The position numbers and the translations under genes are program-made. Source: a candidate division FCPU426 bacterium (GTDB lineage Bacteria; Oederibacteriota; Muellerivitia; Muellerivitales; Muellerivitaceae). From it: 64,000 nucleotides of DNA. Below are positions 11,435 through 20,572 of the stretch, piece after piece. The stretch is from contig CAVRAL010000001.1 of the NCBI GenBank assembly GCA_963719085.1, forward strand, positions 576,001 to 640,000, given 5' to 3'. A model generated the notes under the pieces. That model did not search any database and had not been told where the DNA came from. It saw only the letters and a list, made by a program, of their open reading frames with translations. The stretch's first letter is position 1; the number at the start of each line of letters is the position of its first letter.

Positions 11435-12073
11435 TTGAACGAACTTCAGTCTCGGTTATCGAAGGCCCGGCTTTACTTTATCAGCGGCCTCTCCCCGGGA
11501 TTGCCCGCGTTGGAGGCGGCCCTCGAGGGCGGCGTCCAAATCCTCCAATTGCGCGATTATAATTTGGCGGACGCGGAACTTTTGGAAGCGGCCAAAACCC
11601 TGCGGGCTTTGACCCTTAAAACTAAAACCCTTTTCATCGTCAATAACCGGCCGGATATCGCGGTTTTATCCGAGGCGGATGGCGCTCATGTGGGCCAGGG
11701 CGATATGCCGGTGGCGCAAGCCCGCAAAATTTTGGGTCCGGATAAGATTTTGGGTGTTTCCACCCACGCCCTTGACCAAGCGAAGAGGGCATTGGCCGAG
11801 GGGGCCGATTACATTGGCGTGGGCCCGGTTTACGCCACTCCCACCAAGGCGGGCCGGGAGCCGGTGGGACTGGATTATGTGCGGCAAGTGGCTTCGTTGA
11901 AATCCGCGGTTCCTTTTTTCGCCATTGGGGGAATTGACGCGCAAAACTTAACCCCGGTGCTGGAGGCGGGCGGCCGCCGAATCGCCGTGGTCCGGGCCCT
12001 GGGAGAAGCGAAGCGGCCCGAAGCGGCCGCTCAGACTTTGCTTCAAACCCTGGAAAAATACCCGCTTTCATAA
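11435..12073 (+). CDS. thiE: Thiamine-phosphate synthase
   Basis: QLRD, GAHVGQGD, GVSTH, ADYIGVGPVYATPTK, AIGGI motifs. Confidence 0.95.
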   Translation: MNELQSRLSKARLYFISGLSPGLPALEAALEGGVQILQLRDYNLADAELLEAAKTLRALTLKTKTLFIVNNRPDIAVLSEADGAHVGQGDMPVAQARKILGPDKILGVSTHALDQAKRALAEGADYIGVGPVYATPTKAGREPVGLDYVRQVASLKSAVPFFAIGGIDAQNLTPVLEAGGRRIAVVRALGEAKRPEAAAQTLLQTLEKYPLS

Positions 12074-12095
12074 GCTTTTGGACCCTTTCACGCCC

Positions 12096-12125
12096 TTGAG
12101 TTTGGCACCGACCCAAGCCTATAAT
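12096..12125 (+). promoter_or_regulatory. Putative sigma70 promoter for def-fmt-rsmB
   Basis: TTGAGT-18 nt-TATAAT ending about 30 nt before def. Confidence 0.45.
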
Positions 12126-12154
12126 TACGAATAAGTTAAATAAGTGAGGTTTTC

Positions 12155-12679
12155 ATGCTGCGCCCGATCGTCCTTTATCCTGACCCCCGGCTCCAACTCA
12201 AGAGCAAGCCGGTGACCCAATTCGACGAGTCCTTAAAGGTTTTGGCCGCTGATATGACCGAAACCATGCGGGACGCCTTTGGCGTGGGGCTGGCGGCGAT
12301 TCAAATCGGCGAGCCGATCCGGATGATGGTCATGGATGTCCATTACGATCAGGAAGACAAAGGGGAAGCCTTGGCCCTGTGCAATCCGGTTCTTTTGGAA
12401 GAAGAAGGGACCGATCTTTCCGAGGAAGGGTGCCTCTCCATCCCGGATTTGCGCGAGGAAGTGGAGCGCGCGCTGAAGGTTAAAATCAAAGCCCAAACCC
12501 TGGACGGCGTCGAGCAGACCTTCGAGTTTGAGGGGTTGCTGGCCCGCTGCGTCCTGCATGAGATCGACCACATGAACGGACAGCTTTTCATCCAAAAAAT
12601 TCCGGCCGTGAAGCGCCTGTTTCTAAAACGCCAGTTGGATCAGTTGAAGAAGAATTACAAAGAATCCGTTCGACTCTGA
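12155..12679 (+). CDS. def: Peptide deformylase
   Basis: GVGLAAIQ, EGCLS, HEIDH motifs. Confidence 0.97.
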   Translation: MLRPIVLYPDPRLQLKSKPVTQFDESLKVLAADMTETMRDAFGVGLAAIQIGEPIRMMVMDVHYDQEDKGEALALCNPVLLEEEGTDLSEEGCLSIPDLREEVERALKVKIKAQTLDGVEQTFEFEGLLARCVLHEIDHMNGQLFIQKIPAVKRLFLKRQLDQLKKNYKESVRL

Positions 12680-12713
12680 TTTTCCCCCACCTTCCGCGCA
12701 CAAGGCCCTTTCG

Positions 12714-13664
12714 GTGAATCCATTCAAGATTGTTTTTATGGGGACATCGGAATTCGCCGTGCCCATCCTAAAAGCCCTCCGGTTTTCCAGCGACCTGATC
12801 GCGTTGGTGGTGACCCAGCCCGATCGGCCGGCGGGCCGGGGTTTAGAGCTGCGGGCCTCCCCGGTCAAAACCGAGGCCTTGAAATTGGGCCTTTCGATTT
12901 TTCAGCCAGAAAAAATTAAGGAACCGGAAGCGGTTGAGAATATTAAACAGCTGAACCCGGATCTTTTAATTGTGGCGGCTTATGGGCAGATCCTTCCCAA
13001 GACGGTTCTGGAGATTCCGAAAATCGCCTGTTTGAATATTCATGGATCGCTCCTTCCCAAATATCGGGGCGCCGCGCCGATTCATTACGCGGTGATGGCG
13101 GGTGAAACCGAAACGGGCGTCACGGTTATTTACATGAACGAGAAAATGGATGAGGGGGACATTCTTCTGAGCGAAAAAATCCCGGTGGGTGCCGATGAGA
13201 CGACGGGCCGGCTCCATGACCGCTTGTCCGAATTGGGCGCCAAGGCCATTTTGAAATCCATCGAGCTTTTGGCCCAAGGGAAGGCAAAGCGGATTCCCCA
13301 GGAGGTTTCCCAGGCCACTTACGCCCCGAGCCTGAAGCGGGAACAGTGTAAAATTCAGTGGGACAAGACCTCCGCGCAAATCGTGAATCAGGTCCGGGGC
13401 CTTTCGCCCTGGCCTTCGGCCGAAACCGGCTGGAACGGGAAGCAACTGAAGGTTTTCGCGGCTCAAATAGCCGCCGCGGAGGGCTCGGGAAAGGCGCCCC
13501 TTACGGGACAAGTGCTCTCCATCGAAAAAGAGGGTATAACAGTGGCCGCGCTTCAAGGCCGGGTTTTATTGAAAGAAGTGCAGCCTCCGGGTAAACGCCG
13601 GATGAGCGCTTACGACTTTTCATTGGGCCATCCTGATTTCAAGATAGGTGAAACACTCGCATGA
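12714..13664 (+). CDS. fmt: Methionyl-tRNA formyltransferase
   Basis: FMGTSEFA, VVTQPDRPAGRG, NIHGSLLPKYRGAAPI; follows def. Confidence 0.97.
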   Translation: MNPFKIVFMGTSEFAVPILKALRFSSDLIALVVTQPDRPAGRGLELRASPVKTEALKLGLSIFQPEKIKEPEAVENIKQLNPDLLIVAAYGQILPKTVLEIPKIACLNIHGSLLPKYRGAAPIHYAVMAGETETGVTVIYMNEKMDEGDILLSEKIPVGADETTGRLHDRLSELGAKAILKSIELLAQGKAKRIPQEVSQATYAPSLKREQCKIQWDKTSAQIVNQVRGLSPWPSAETGWNGKQLKVFAAQIAAAEGSGKAPLTGQVLSIEKEGITVAALQGRVLLKEVQPPGKRRMSAYDFSLGHPDFKIGETLA

Positions 13665-15214
13665 CCGACTCACCGAAGTCCAACTCGCCGATTCTCCCGA
13701 AAAAGTCCGGCAAACCATTTTCTAAAAATCCGGGAGCTGGAGCCCGCCCCTTGAAGGCGCGGCCGTTCAAGGGAAAATCCTCAAAAGGCCCCGGCGGTTC
13801 CGGGCCTCGCCGGCCTGGTTCGTCCGACGCGCGCCGCCCCCGTGATTTTTCCAAGCGGCCTTCCGGTCCCCGGGAAGAAAAAACGGCCCGCCGGGATACG
13901 GTATCCCCCTCCCGTTGGTACGCGGCGGACGCGCTTTTGAAGATTGAAAAGGGTTCCAAGGTGGCGGATGTTTTTAAGGGATTGGGGGAGTTGAAACCGG
14001 AGGACCAATCCTTGAGCCGGGAACTCATTTATGGCTGCACCCGGCAAAAAAGGCTTTTAGACTACTACCTGGCCTCTTTTTGCTCAAAACCCTATCAAAA
14101 ACTGCCGTTTGAGATCCGGATTGCCCTGCGGCTGGGTCTTTACCAACTGATGTTTTTGGACCGGATTCCGGCCCACGCGGCGGTGAATGAATCGGTGGGG
14201 CTGGTCAAAAAAACCCCCTTTCCGGACTTGGCGGGATTAGTGAACGCCTTGCTTCGCGGTGCCGAGACCAAGAAAAATGAGCTGGCGGTCAAAGGCAATG
14301 ACGACATCCAAACCCTGGCGATCCGCTATTCCCATCCCGATTGGATGGTTCATCGTTGGGGCGCGAGACTTTCGCCGAAAAAACTGGAAGCGCTTTTAAA
14401 GTCCAATAACCTGCCGCATCCGGTCTTTCTGCGGATGAATCCGGAACATCCTGAAAAGATTTTAGAAAGCCTTGCCCAGCAGAACTTCAAGGTCGAGCCC
14501 CTGGCCTGGCCGCCCCATACGGCCCAGGTCATGGATAAAGGAATCGGGCTTTTTGAGACGGACAGTTTTCACCAAGGGGATTGGATCGTTCAGGACTGGG
14601 TCCCCCAAGCCATGCTGGAATTGGTGCCGGTGGAGCCGGGACAAAAAATCTGGGACGTTTGCGCGGCCCCGGGTGGAAAAACAATTGGATTGGCTTGGCG
14701 GGTGGGGGCCAGGGGACAAGTCGTTGCCAGTGACGCGGCGCCGGAGCGGCTTCGCAAGCTTCAGGAAAACTTGAGGCGGATTCAAATGAACCAAATTCGG
14801 GTCAATGAAAGCCCTATCGCGAAGCTGCCGCCTTCCCAAAAGTTTGACCTGGTTTGGGTCGACGCGCCTTGCAGCGGAACGGGCGTACTTTCGCGCCGGG
14901 CGGACTTGCGCTGGAAACTGGAGCAAAGAGAAATCGCGGTCCAAGCCACCCGCCAAGTGGAGCTGTTGAATGAGGCTCAGGGACATATTTACGCCAATGG
15001 CTTGCTGGTTTACAGTACCTGTTCCTTGGAACCGGAAGAGAACGACCAAGTGATCGAAACCTTTATCGCCGGGCATCCGGAATACGAGGCTTACTTTCCC
15101 GCGGTCCCGGTGGACCGGCTGGAAATCGAGAAGCAGAAGCATGGGTTTTTATTTTGGCCTCAAGCCGATCACGACGGCGGTTATTTGGCCCTGCTTCGAA
15201 AAAAGATGGTTTGA
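13661..15214 (+). CDS. rsmB: 16S rRNA m5C967 methyltransferase RsmB/Sun with basic N-terminal extension
   Basis: NusB-like domain (IPAHAAVNESV), DVCAAPGGKT, DAPCSGTG, YSTCS; def-fmt-rsmB synteny. Confidence 0.92.
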   Translation: MTDSPKSNSPILPKKSGKPFSKNPGAGARPLKARPFKGKSSKGPGGSGPRRPGSSDARRPRDFSKRPSGPREEKTARRDTVSPSRWYAADALLKIEKGSKVADVFKGLGELKPEDQSLSRELIYGCTRQKRLLDYYLASFCSKPYQKLPFEIRIALRLGLYQLMFLDRIPAHAAVNESVGLVKKTPFPDLAGLVNALLRGAETKKNELAVKGNDDIQTLAIRYSHPDWMVHRWGARLSPKKLEALLKSNNLPHPVFLRMNPEHPEKILESLAQQNFKVEPLAWPPHTAQVMDKGIGLFETDSFHQGDWIVQDWVPQAMLELVPVEPGQKIWDVCAAPGGKTIGLAWRVGARGQVVASDAAPERLRKLQENLRRIQMNQIRVNESPIAKLPPSQKFDLVWVDAPCSGTGVLSRRADLRWKLEQREIAVQATRQVELLNEAQGHIYANGLLVYSTCSLEPEENDQVIETFIAGHPEYEAYFPAVPVDRLEIEKQKHGFLFWPQADHDGGYLALLRKKMV

Positions 15215-16806
15215 ATCGAATCAAAGGATATTTTTTGAGGAAACAAGTTCTTTTTTTATTTTTTATTTTTCTTGTGGTTTTCCCGGGCCTGTCCACGTTC
15301 GGGGAAGAGGCCGTCTTTTATGATTTGATGCTCAAAGGCGGGTTGGTGGTGGATGGCAGCGGGTTGCCGCCTTACCGGGCGGACGTGGCTTTTAAAGACG
15401 GCCGGGTGGCCGCCATCGGCCATTTGGACGAGTCTCAAGCCGGCCAGGTTATCGACGCCACGGGCCAAGTGGTGGCCCCGGGTTTTATCGACATTTTAAG
15501 GCACAATGACATCCTTTGGTCCCGGGAGGAACAGGAGCGGGCGATCCGGGAAGGGATCACCTTGGCCTTATCGGGCAATTGTGGTTTTTCCGTTTTGGAT
15601 GTTCAAAAAAACCTTGAAAAGCTTGATCGAAACCCGGGACTTTTAAATTTGGCGACGCTGATCGGCCAGGGAAGCGTCCGGGATTGGTTCGTAAAGGGCA
15701 ATCGCCAGAAGCCGGCCACGGCGGCCCAAATGGTTTTGATGAAGGATTTTGTGGCCAAGGCCTTGGACCAGGGCGCGTTTGGACTTTCCAGTGGGCTAGG
15801 TTATGAGCCGGGCGAGTGGTGTCAACCGGACGAATTGGAAGCTTTGGGCTCGGTCTTGACCCGTTATCCGCACGCGGTTTATTACACCCACATCCGCAAT
15901 TACCGCTCCAATGTTTTATCGGCCATCCAGGAAGCCATTCAATTGGGTAAAGACGACCAAGTTCCAGTCGTCATCCAGCATTTACTATTTAAATTGCCCA
16001 GCAACTGGGACCAGACCGAGAGCGGCTTGCGGCTTTTAGAGGACGCCCGGGCCCAAGGGCAGTCGGTTTACGCCAGCGTCTATCCTTATGATTTCTGGGG
16101 AAACGAAGTCCAGATTCCGCTCACCCAATTTCTTTACCTAACGCCTGAAACCTACCGCTGGTCTTACTACAACAGCCCCGACCGATTGACCGGGACTTTA
16201 TCCCTGATTCATCGGCGGTTGATGGAATATGGCGGAGGGGACAAGGTTGAAATCACCCGGACCGGCCATAAAAAAGAAGCGGATTGGATTGGTTTGACGA
16301 TCAAAGATTTGGCCAAGCTCCGGGGACTGACTGAGGACGAGACGGTTTTGGCCCTCATCTTGGAAAATGGGAAAGATCTAAAAATCTGCTATCACGGGCT
16401 TTCGGAAGCGGGACTCATTAAAAAAATACAGGCGCCCTACATTTTGTTCGGGTCCGACTCCACCGGCAATATCCCGCATCCCCGGGATGTGGGGGCTTTT
16501 CCCCGGCTGATTGGAACCTATGTCCGTGACAAGCGGGTGGTTCGTTTATCCGAAATTATCGAGCGGTTGACCCGGGAACCCGCGCTTTTGATGGGTTTGA
16601 AGGACCGGGGCTTATTGAAAGACGGCTATTGGGGCGACGCGGTGGTTTTTAATTTTAATACGATCGCCGATAAAGCCAGCGCTTCCGCGCCCTGGGAAAG
16701 GCCCGTGGGCGTCAATACGGTGGTGGTGAATGGCCAGGTCGTCATGCAGAACGGGGAGATGACGGGTAAAATTCCCGGTAAGGTTTTAAGGCGAAGCAAT
16801 CAGTAA
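15211..16806 (+). CDS. N-acyl-D-amino-acid deacylase-like amidohydrolase, probably exported
   Basis: DATGQVVAPGFID, GNCG, THIR, GSD, HPRDVGAFPR, DRGLLKDGYWGD; hydrophobic signal-like N-terminus; start placed at the TTG overlapping the rsmB stop (track start 15154). Confidence 0.82.
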   Translation: MNRIKGYFLRKQVLFLFFIFLVVFPGLSTFGEEAVFYDLMLKGGLVVDGSGLPPYRADVAFKDGRVAAIGHLDESQAGQVIDATGQVVAPGFIDILRHNDILWSREEQERAIREGITLALSGNCGFSVLDVQKNLEKLDRNPGLLNLATLIGQGSVRDWFVKGNRQKPATAAQMVLMKDFVAKALDQGAFGLSSGLGYEPGEWCQPDELEALGSVLTRYPHAVYYTHIRNYRSNVLSAIQEAIQLGKDDQVPVVIQHLLFKLPSNWDQTESGLRLLEDARAQGQSVYASVYPYDFWGNEVQIPLTQFLYLTPETYRWSYYNSPDRLTGTLSLIHRRLMEYGGGDKVEITRTGHKKEADWIGLTIKDLAKLRGLTEDETVLALILENGKDLKICYHGLSEAGLIKKIQAPYILFGSDSTGNIPHPRDVGAFPRLIGTYVRDKRVVRLSEIIERLTREPALLMGLKDRGLLKDGYWGDAVVFNFNTIADKASASAPWERPVGVNTVVVNGQVVMQNGEMTGKIPGKVLRRSNQ

Positions 16807-16818
16807 AGAGGCGGCAAG

Positions 16819-17661
16819 ATGAAAATCCCTTTTTGGATCGGTTTTTTGGGATGGGCGGTTGCCCCTGTGGTTTGGGGGGGAGATAGTTTCAAGGTCCCGC
16901 TTTATGATCCGGCGACCCACCAGGACATTCCGGCTCCCGGCCAACCGGCGTTCACCGCGACGCCCACGGCCGTCTTTTCTCCCGTGCCGACCGAGCCGCC
17001 GCAATCCTCCCTGACCCCGGTTTCGACCCGGGCTGGTTCCTTGCCCGGGCCTTTGAGCGCTCCCCAGTGGAATGAGGTGAAGACGGTTCCCGGAAACATT
17101 TCGACGGCTAAAAAAATGACGCCTTGGATGTCCTCGCTTGGAATTGGGCTCGATATACCGGCCGGCGCCCATGTTCAAAAGGGTTATGCCGTGGGGTTTG
17201 ACCTGAATTTGGGAACCGGGTATCGGCTCAACAGCCAGTGGTCGTTTTGGCTTAATTTGGCTTTAGGACAATTCAGCTCCCGGGACGACACGTTGACCCA
17301 AAACAATAACTTCATGATGATTGAGGCGGCTTTTTGGGCGCGTTATCGGATCAGCGAGGGTGATTTCAGCCCTTATCTTTTCGCCGGGCCGGGGTTGGCT
17401 TATAACGAAAATCGAAACGATCAGGCGGCTCAATACGACCCGGGGACGGGCACTTATTATGTTCCCATCGACCAATATGAAGTCGATTTTTTAGCTGAGG
17501 GCGGTTTGGGATTGGATGTGCGGGCGGGGGATGGTTTCCATGTTTTCCTGCAAGGCAAAATAATTTGTGACTTCACCTCAAGGCCATTTGGCAATTACGC
17601 CTCGATGGACAGCCCGGTCCTATTGGTGCCGGTTGATCTCGGGGTCCTGTTCGGCTATTAA
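16819..17661 (+). CDS. Putative outer-membrane beta-barrel protein with Pro/Thr-rich N-terminal segment
   Basis: Signal peptide, alternating hydrophobic strands (FSPYLFAGPGLAY, GGLGLDVR), C-terminal aromatic residue (GVLFGY). Confidence 0.6.
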   Translation: MKIPFWIGFLGWAVAPVVWGGDSFKVPLYDPATHQDIPAPGQPAFTATPTAVFSPVPTEPPQSSLTPVSTRAGSLPGPLSAPQWNEVKTVPGNISTAKKMTPWMSSLGIGLDIPAGAHVQKGYAVGFDLNLGTGYRLNSQWSFWLNLALGQFSSRDDTLTQNNNFMMIEAAFWARYRISEGDFSPYLFAGPGLAYNENRNDQAAQYDPGTGTYYVPIDQYEVDFLAEGGLGLDVRAGDGFHVFLQGKIICDFTSRPFGNYASMDSPVLLVPVDLGVLFGY

Positions 17662-17734
17662 ACGGAAGCGATTCCTGTTTCACGCGGGATTCAGTGTCAG
17701 ATGAGGCGACTCTCCGCTCAAAATTCCTCGATTT

Positions 17735-19372
17735 GTGAACTTGTCGGCCTCATTTCCTTGGTTCTTCACTTCATCATTCCTGAAAAATGACGTTATGCAA
17801 GGGGTGTCCTTGTATTCAAAAGGGCGGTTATGGGGGAATCGGGTGGATAAGTTGGATTTGAGAAAATTTCGATCGGTTTTAATAGTTGGATTTTTATTCA
17901 TCCCCGGTTGGGGATTGGCCCAAATGACCGATACCCCGACTGAAACGCCTGTTTTTACCGATACGCCGTCAAGTACCCCGTCCTGGACCGGTACTTTCAC
18001 GTCTACGGCCACGGTTTTTTTATCCCCCACTCCAACCCCGACCGCCACTTTGGTTTTGACGCCTCCTTGCGGAACCGTGAACATATTTGGAAACTCGTCC
18101 ACGGCTAATACCGCCGGAGGGGCCGCTTCGTACAATCCGGGCGAGCGGGCCAGTGTTTTTCCCTTAGCGGGCGGGGGAGTGGTTTACAGTATTTCGCTTT
18201 ACGCCCAAGCCAGCGACGTGGGGATTCCGGTGGTGGCGGCTATTTTTAGCGGTGTGCCGGGCGTGATCGGCGGTTTGATTGTCCAATCGGCGCCTCAAAC
18301 CCTGGTGTTGGGCTGGAATGTCATTCCGGTTCAACCAACTTACTTGAACGCGAATTATTATTGGTTAGCCTATATGTTTGGAGGCTCCAGCTATCATGTG
18401 ACGGCCCAAACCGCCGCCGCGAACAGCGGCGTTTATACGACTTCCACGGTTACTTTCGGGTCTTTCTCCTCCTCCTTTACGGCGCCAACCACTATTTCGG
18501 TTTCAGACGCGATCTATGCCAACTATTGCCTGGCTACGGCAACCCCGACTTATTCTCCAACGATCACCTGGACTCCCACGGTGACCTTGAGCCCGAGCTT
18601 TACCCCGACGCCGACTTTGACGGATACCTTTACACCCAGCTTGACCCCAACCCCCAGCGTGACCGATACGCCGTCCCTAAGTCCGACCATGACGGCCAGC
18701 GAAACGCCTTCGGAGACTTCGACTTTAACCCTCACGGTCACTTTGACGCCGCAGGCTACCGATACGCCGACTTCCACTTGGACGGCCAGTTTGACGCCCT
18801 CTCAAACCTTGACGCAAAGCCCTACCGTGACGGATATCCCAACCGCGACAACGACCAGCGGCCTATCACCCACGGTGACTTTCACCGTAACTGTAACTGA
18901 AACGCCAACCGCTTCCGCGACTTTTAGCCCTTCCTCGACCCCCAGTCCCCTCGAAACCCAGACCTTGAGCCCCACGTTAACGCCCACGGTTTTGTCCACG
19001 ACTACCTTTACCGAGACGCCGACCGCGACCGTTTCGGCGACTTCAACGGCAACCGCGCTTTTGCCCAGTCCGACTTCTACGGCCACCGTCGGAGGGCCGT
19101 CTTCGCCCATCCTTTATCCCAATCCGATCCGTGGAAACGGCCCGGTTCAGTTTCAAGTCGACTTTGGGTCACCCCACGATTACGTGACGGTCCGGGTTTT
19201 TACGACGGCTTTCCGGAAAATTTACGAGACCCAAGACAAAAACGTTCCGGCGGGCGTCTATACAAAGGATCTAACTGGTTTTCAGCTCTCGGATACGGCG
19301 AATGGAATTTATTACGTGGTGATCACAACACCGACCGAGCGGTGGATGGATAAGCTTTTGATTCTTCGTTGA
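17735..19372 (+). CDS. Secreted Thr/Pro-rich (mucin-like) protein with T9SS-type-A/FlgD-Ig-like C-terminal domain
   Basis: Signal peptide ending WGLA-Q; about 185 aa of TxTPT repeats; C-terminal LYPNP...ANGIYYVVI...KLLILR; true start probably further downstream (GTG/TTG near 17843-17857). Confidence 0.75.
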   Translation: MNLSASFPWFFTSSFLKNDVMQGVSLYSKGRLWGNRVDKLDLRKFRSVLIVGFLFIPGWGLAQMTDTPTETPVFTDTPSSTPSWTGTFTSTATVFLSPTPTPTATLVLTPPCGTVNIFGNSSTANTAGGAASYNPGERASVFPLAGGGVVYSISLYAQASDVGIPVVAAIFSGVPGVIGGLIVQSAPQTLVLGWNVIPVQPTYLNANYYWLAYMFGGSSYHVTAQTAAANSGVYTTSTVTFGSFSSSFTAPTTISVSDAIYANYCLATATPTYSPTITWTPTVTLSPSFTPTPTLTDTFTPSLTPTPSVTDTPSLSPTMTASETPSETSTLTLTVTLTPQATDTPTSTWTASLTPSQTLTQSPTVTDIPTATTTSGLSPTVTFTVTVTETPTASATFSPSSTPSPLETQTLSPTLTPTVLSTTTFTETPTATVSATSTATALLPSPTSTATVGGPSSPILYPNPIRGNGPVQFQVDFGSPHDYVTVRVFTTAFRKIYETQDKNVPAGVYTKDLTGFQLSDTANGIYYVVITTPTERWMDKLLILR

Positions 19373-19384
19373 AACGCGGCGGGA

Positions 19385-19723
19385 GTGGAAGCGATGCATA
19401 TTCATAACGACAATAATTACTTGAGAATGCTCGCGCAAAGCCAAGCCCTGGCCCAGGCGGCCGCGGAGTCGGGAAAAGACCGCCAGGTGGACCGGGCGAG
19501 GGCCCAAGCGGCCGAAGCGGTTCAAAAGTTGAATGAAGCGGCGAAAGAAGCCGAAAAGAAAAAAATGGCCCTGGAAGGGGAGCGCGCCGGGGACGGGAAC
19601 CAGCAAAGCGCCCCGGGCTATCGTCCCGCGGGCTATTCGAAAGATGGGAAATTGAGCGAGGAAGGGGAAGGTGATTCGCCCAAGCCTCCGCCAAGTCAGG
19701 GGCGGATTGACATCCGAATTTAA
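19385..19723 (+). CDS. Hypothetical protein, Ala/Glu-rich, C-terminal GRIDIRI
   Basis: 112 aa ORF after GGGAG, followed by a terminator; ATG at 19394 is an alternative start. Confidence 0.6.
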   Translation: MEAMHIHNDNNYLRMLAQSQALAQAAAESGKDRQVDRARAQAAEAVQKLNEAAKEAEKKKMALEGERAGDGNQQSAPGYRPAGYSKDGKLSEEGEGDSPKPPPSQGRIDIRI

Positions 19724-19796
19724 CTATTTTCAATCTGAGGCGGAGTTTTTGATTGAATGGGTTTGCCGGATGGGGCGGAAAACGGGTCCGAAAATA

Positions 19797-19827
19797 AAAA
19801 GGACAACCGCTTGAAGCGGTTGTCCTT
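19797..19827. terminator. Intrinsic terminator hairpin between convergent genes
   Basis: AAAAGGACAACCGC-TTGAA-GCGGTTGTCCTT. Confidence 0.75.
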
Positions 19828-19842
19828 GAACTTTGGAAAAGT

Positions 19843-20097
19843 TTACTTTCTTTTTTTAACGATTCGGACCACATAGAGCAAAAGCAACGCGCCGATGACG
19901 GCTAGAATAATGGAACCCAGAAGCCCATAGCTTCCGATCCCCAGCATGCCGAATAGCCACCAGCCCACAATCGCTCCCAACACGCCGACGACCAGGTCTC
20001 CCCCCAAGCCGAAACCTTTTCCCTTCATTATCTTCCCGGCCAAAAAGCCGGCGATTAAACCGACGAATAAAATATAAACAAGATCATTGATGTACAT
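19843..20097 (-). CDS. GlsB/YeaQ/YmgE (transglycosylase-associated) small membrane protein
   Basis: 84 aa, VGLIAGFLAGKIMKGKGFGLGGDLVVGVLGAIVG...AVIGALLLL; AAGGAG RBS. Confidence 0.88.
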   Translation of the reverse strand: MYINDLVYILFVGLIAGFLAGKIMKGKGFGLGGDLVVGVLGAIVGWWLFGMLGIGSYGLLGSIILAVIGALLLLYVVRIVKKRK

Positions 20098-20343
20098 GGA
20101 ACTCTCCTTTTCGAAAATGTTGATGGCAGTTTGGGCCTAGTTGAAACTTATAGCAATCGATAGCGGAAGAATCTTTGGGGCGCAAAGCCGCCGGCGGACA
20201 AAAATATCAAAATGATGCCCCGCGTTATCATCTTGATTGTCCCGCCGTTTTCAAGGAAAGGAATTGACCAGTATTTCACGGCCCGCTTCTTGCTTTAAAG
20301 GCGGGGAGGGTGGATGAAATTTAAATCATAAAGGATGTTCAAA

Positions 20344-20490
20344 ATGCTTTATACGATTGCCGTGGTATTGTTGATTCTCTGGCTTTTAGGTTTGGTGAGT
20401 TCTTACACGATGGGCGGTTTTATCCATGTGTTTCTGGTTGTGGCGCTGATTATTGTGGTCATTGGATTTTTGCAAGGCCGTAAATCCTGA
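20344..20490 (+). CDS. Small two-TM membrane protein, lmo0937/DUF5670-like (absent from ORF track)
   Basis: Hand translation MLYTIAVVLLILWLLGLVSSYTMGGFIHVFLVVALIIVVIGFLQGRKS*; AAGGA RBS; followed by terminator. Confidence 0.85.
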   Translation: MLYTIAVVLLILWLLGLVSSYTMGGFIHVFLVVALIIVVIGFLQGRKS

Positions 20491-20512
20491 TTTTGAGGCC
20501 GAAGGCGTAATG

Positions 20513-20542
20513 AAAAAGGCGGCGGTGGTTCCGCCGCCTTTT
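20513..20542. terminator. Bidirectional intrinsic terminator
   Basis: AAAAAGGCGGCGG-TGGTT-CCGCCGCCTTTT between convergent genes. Confidence 0.85.
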
Positions 20543-20572
20543 AACAAAAATCTTGAGTTGGAAGCTCGTCTT

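Noticed and set aside
17701..17753. Stem ATGAGGCGAC / GTCGGCCTCAT upstream of the Thr/Pro-rich gene
   Set aside because: Single 10-bp stem with no recognisable RNA family features
18533..19086. Thr/Pro repeat region as a DNA tandem repeat or CRISPR array
   Set aside because: Repetition is only at protein level with varied codons; no repeat-spacer structure and no cas genes
20150..20230. GGGGCGCAAAGCCGCCGG, resembling part of a c-di-GMP-I riboswitch
   Set aside because: The upstream GGCAAAC..GAAA stem and downstream pairing are missing; an Rfam RF01051 search would settle it
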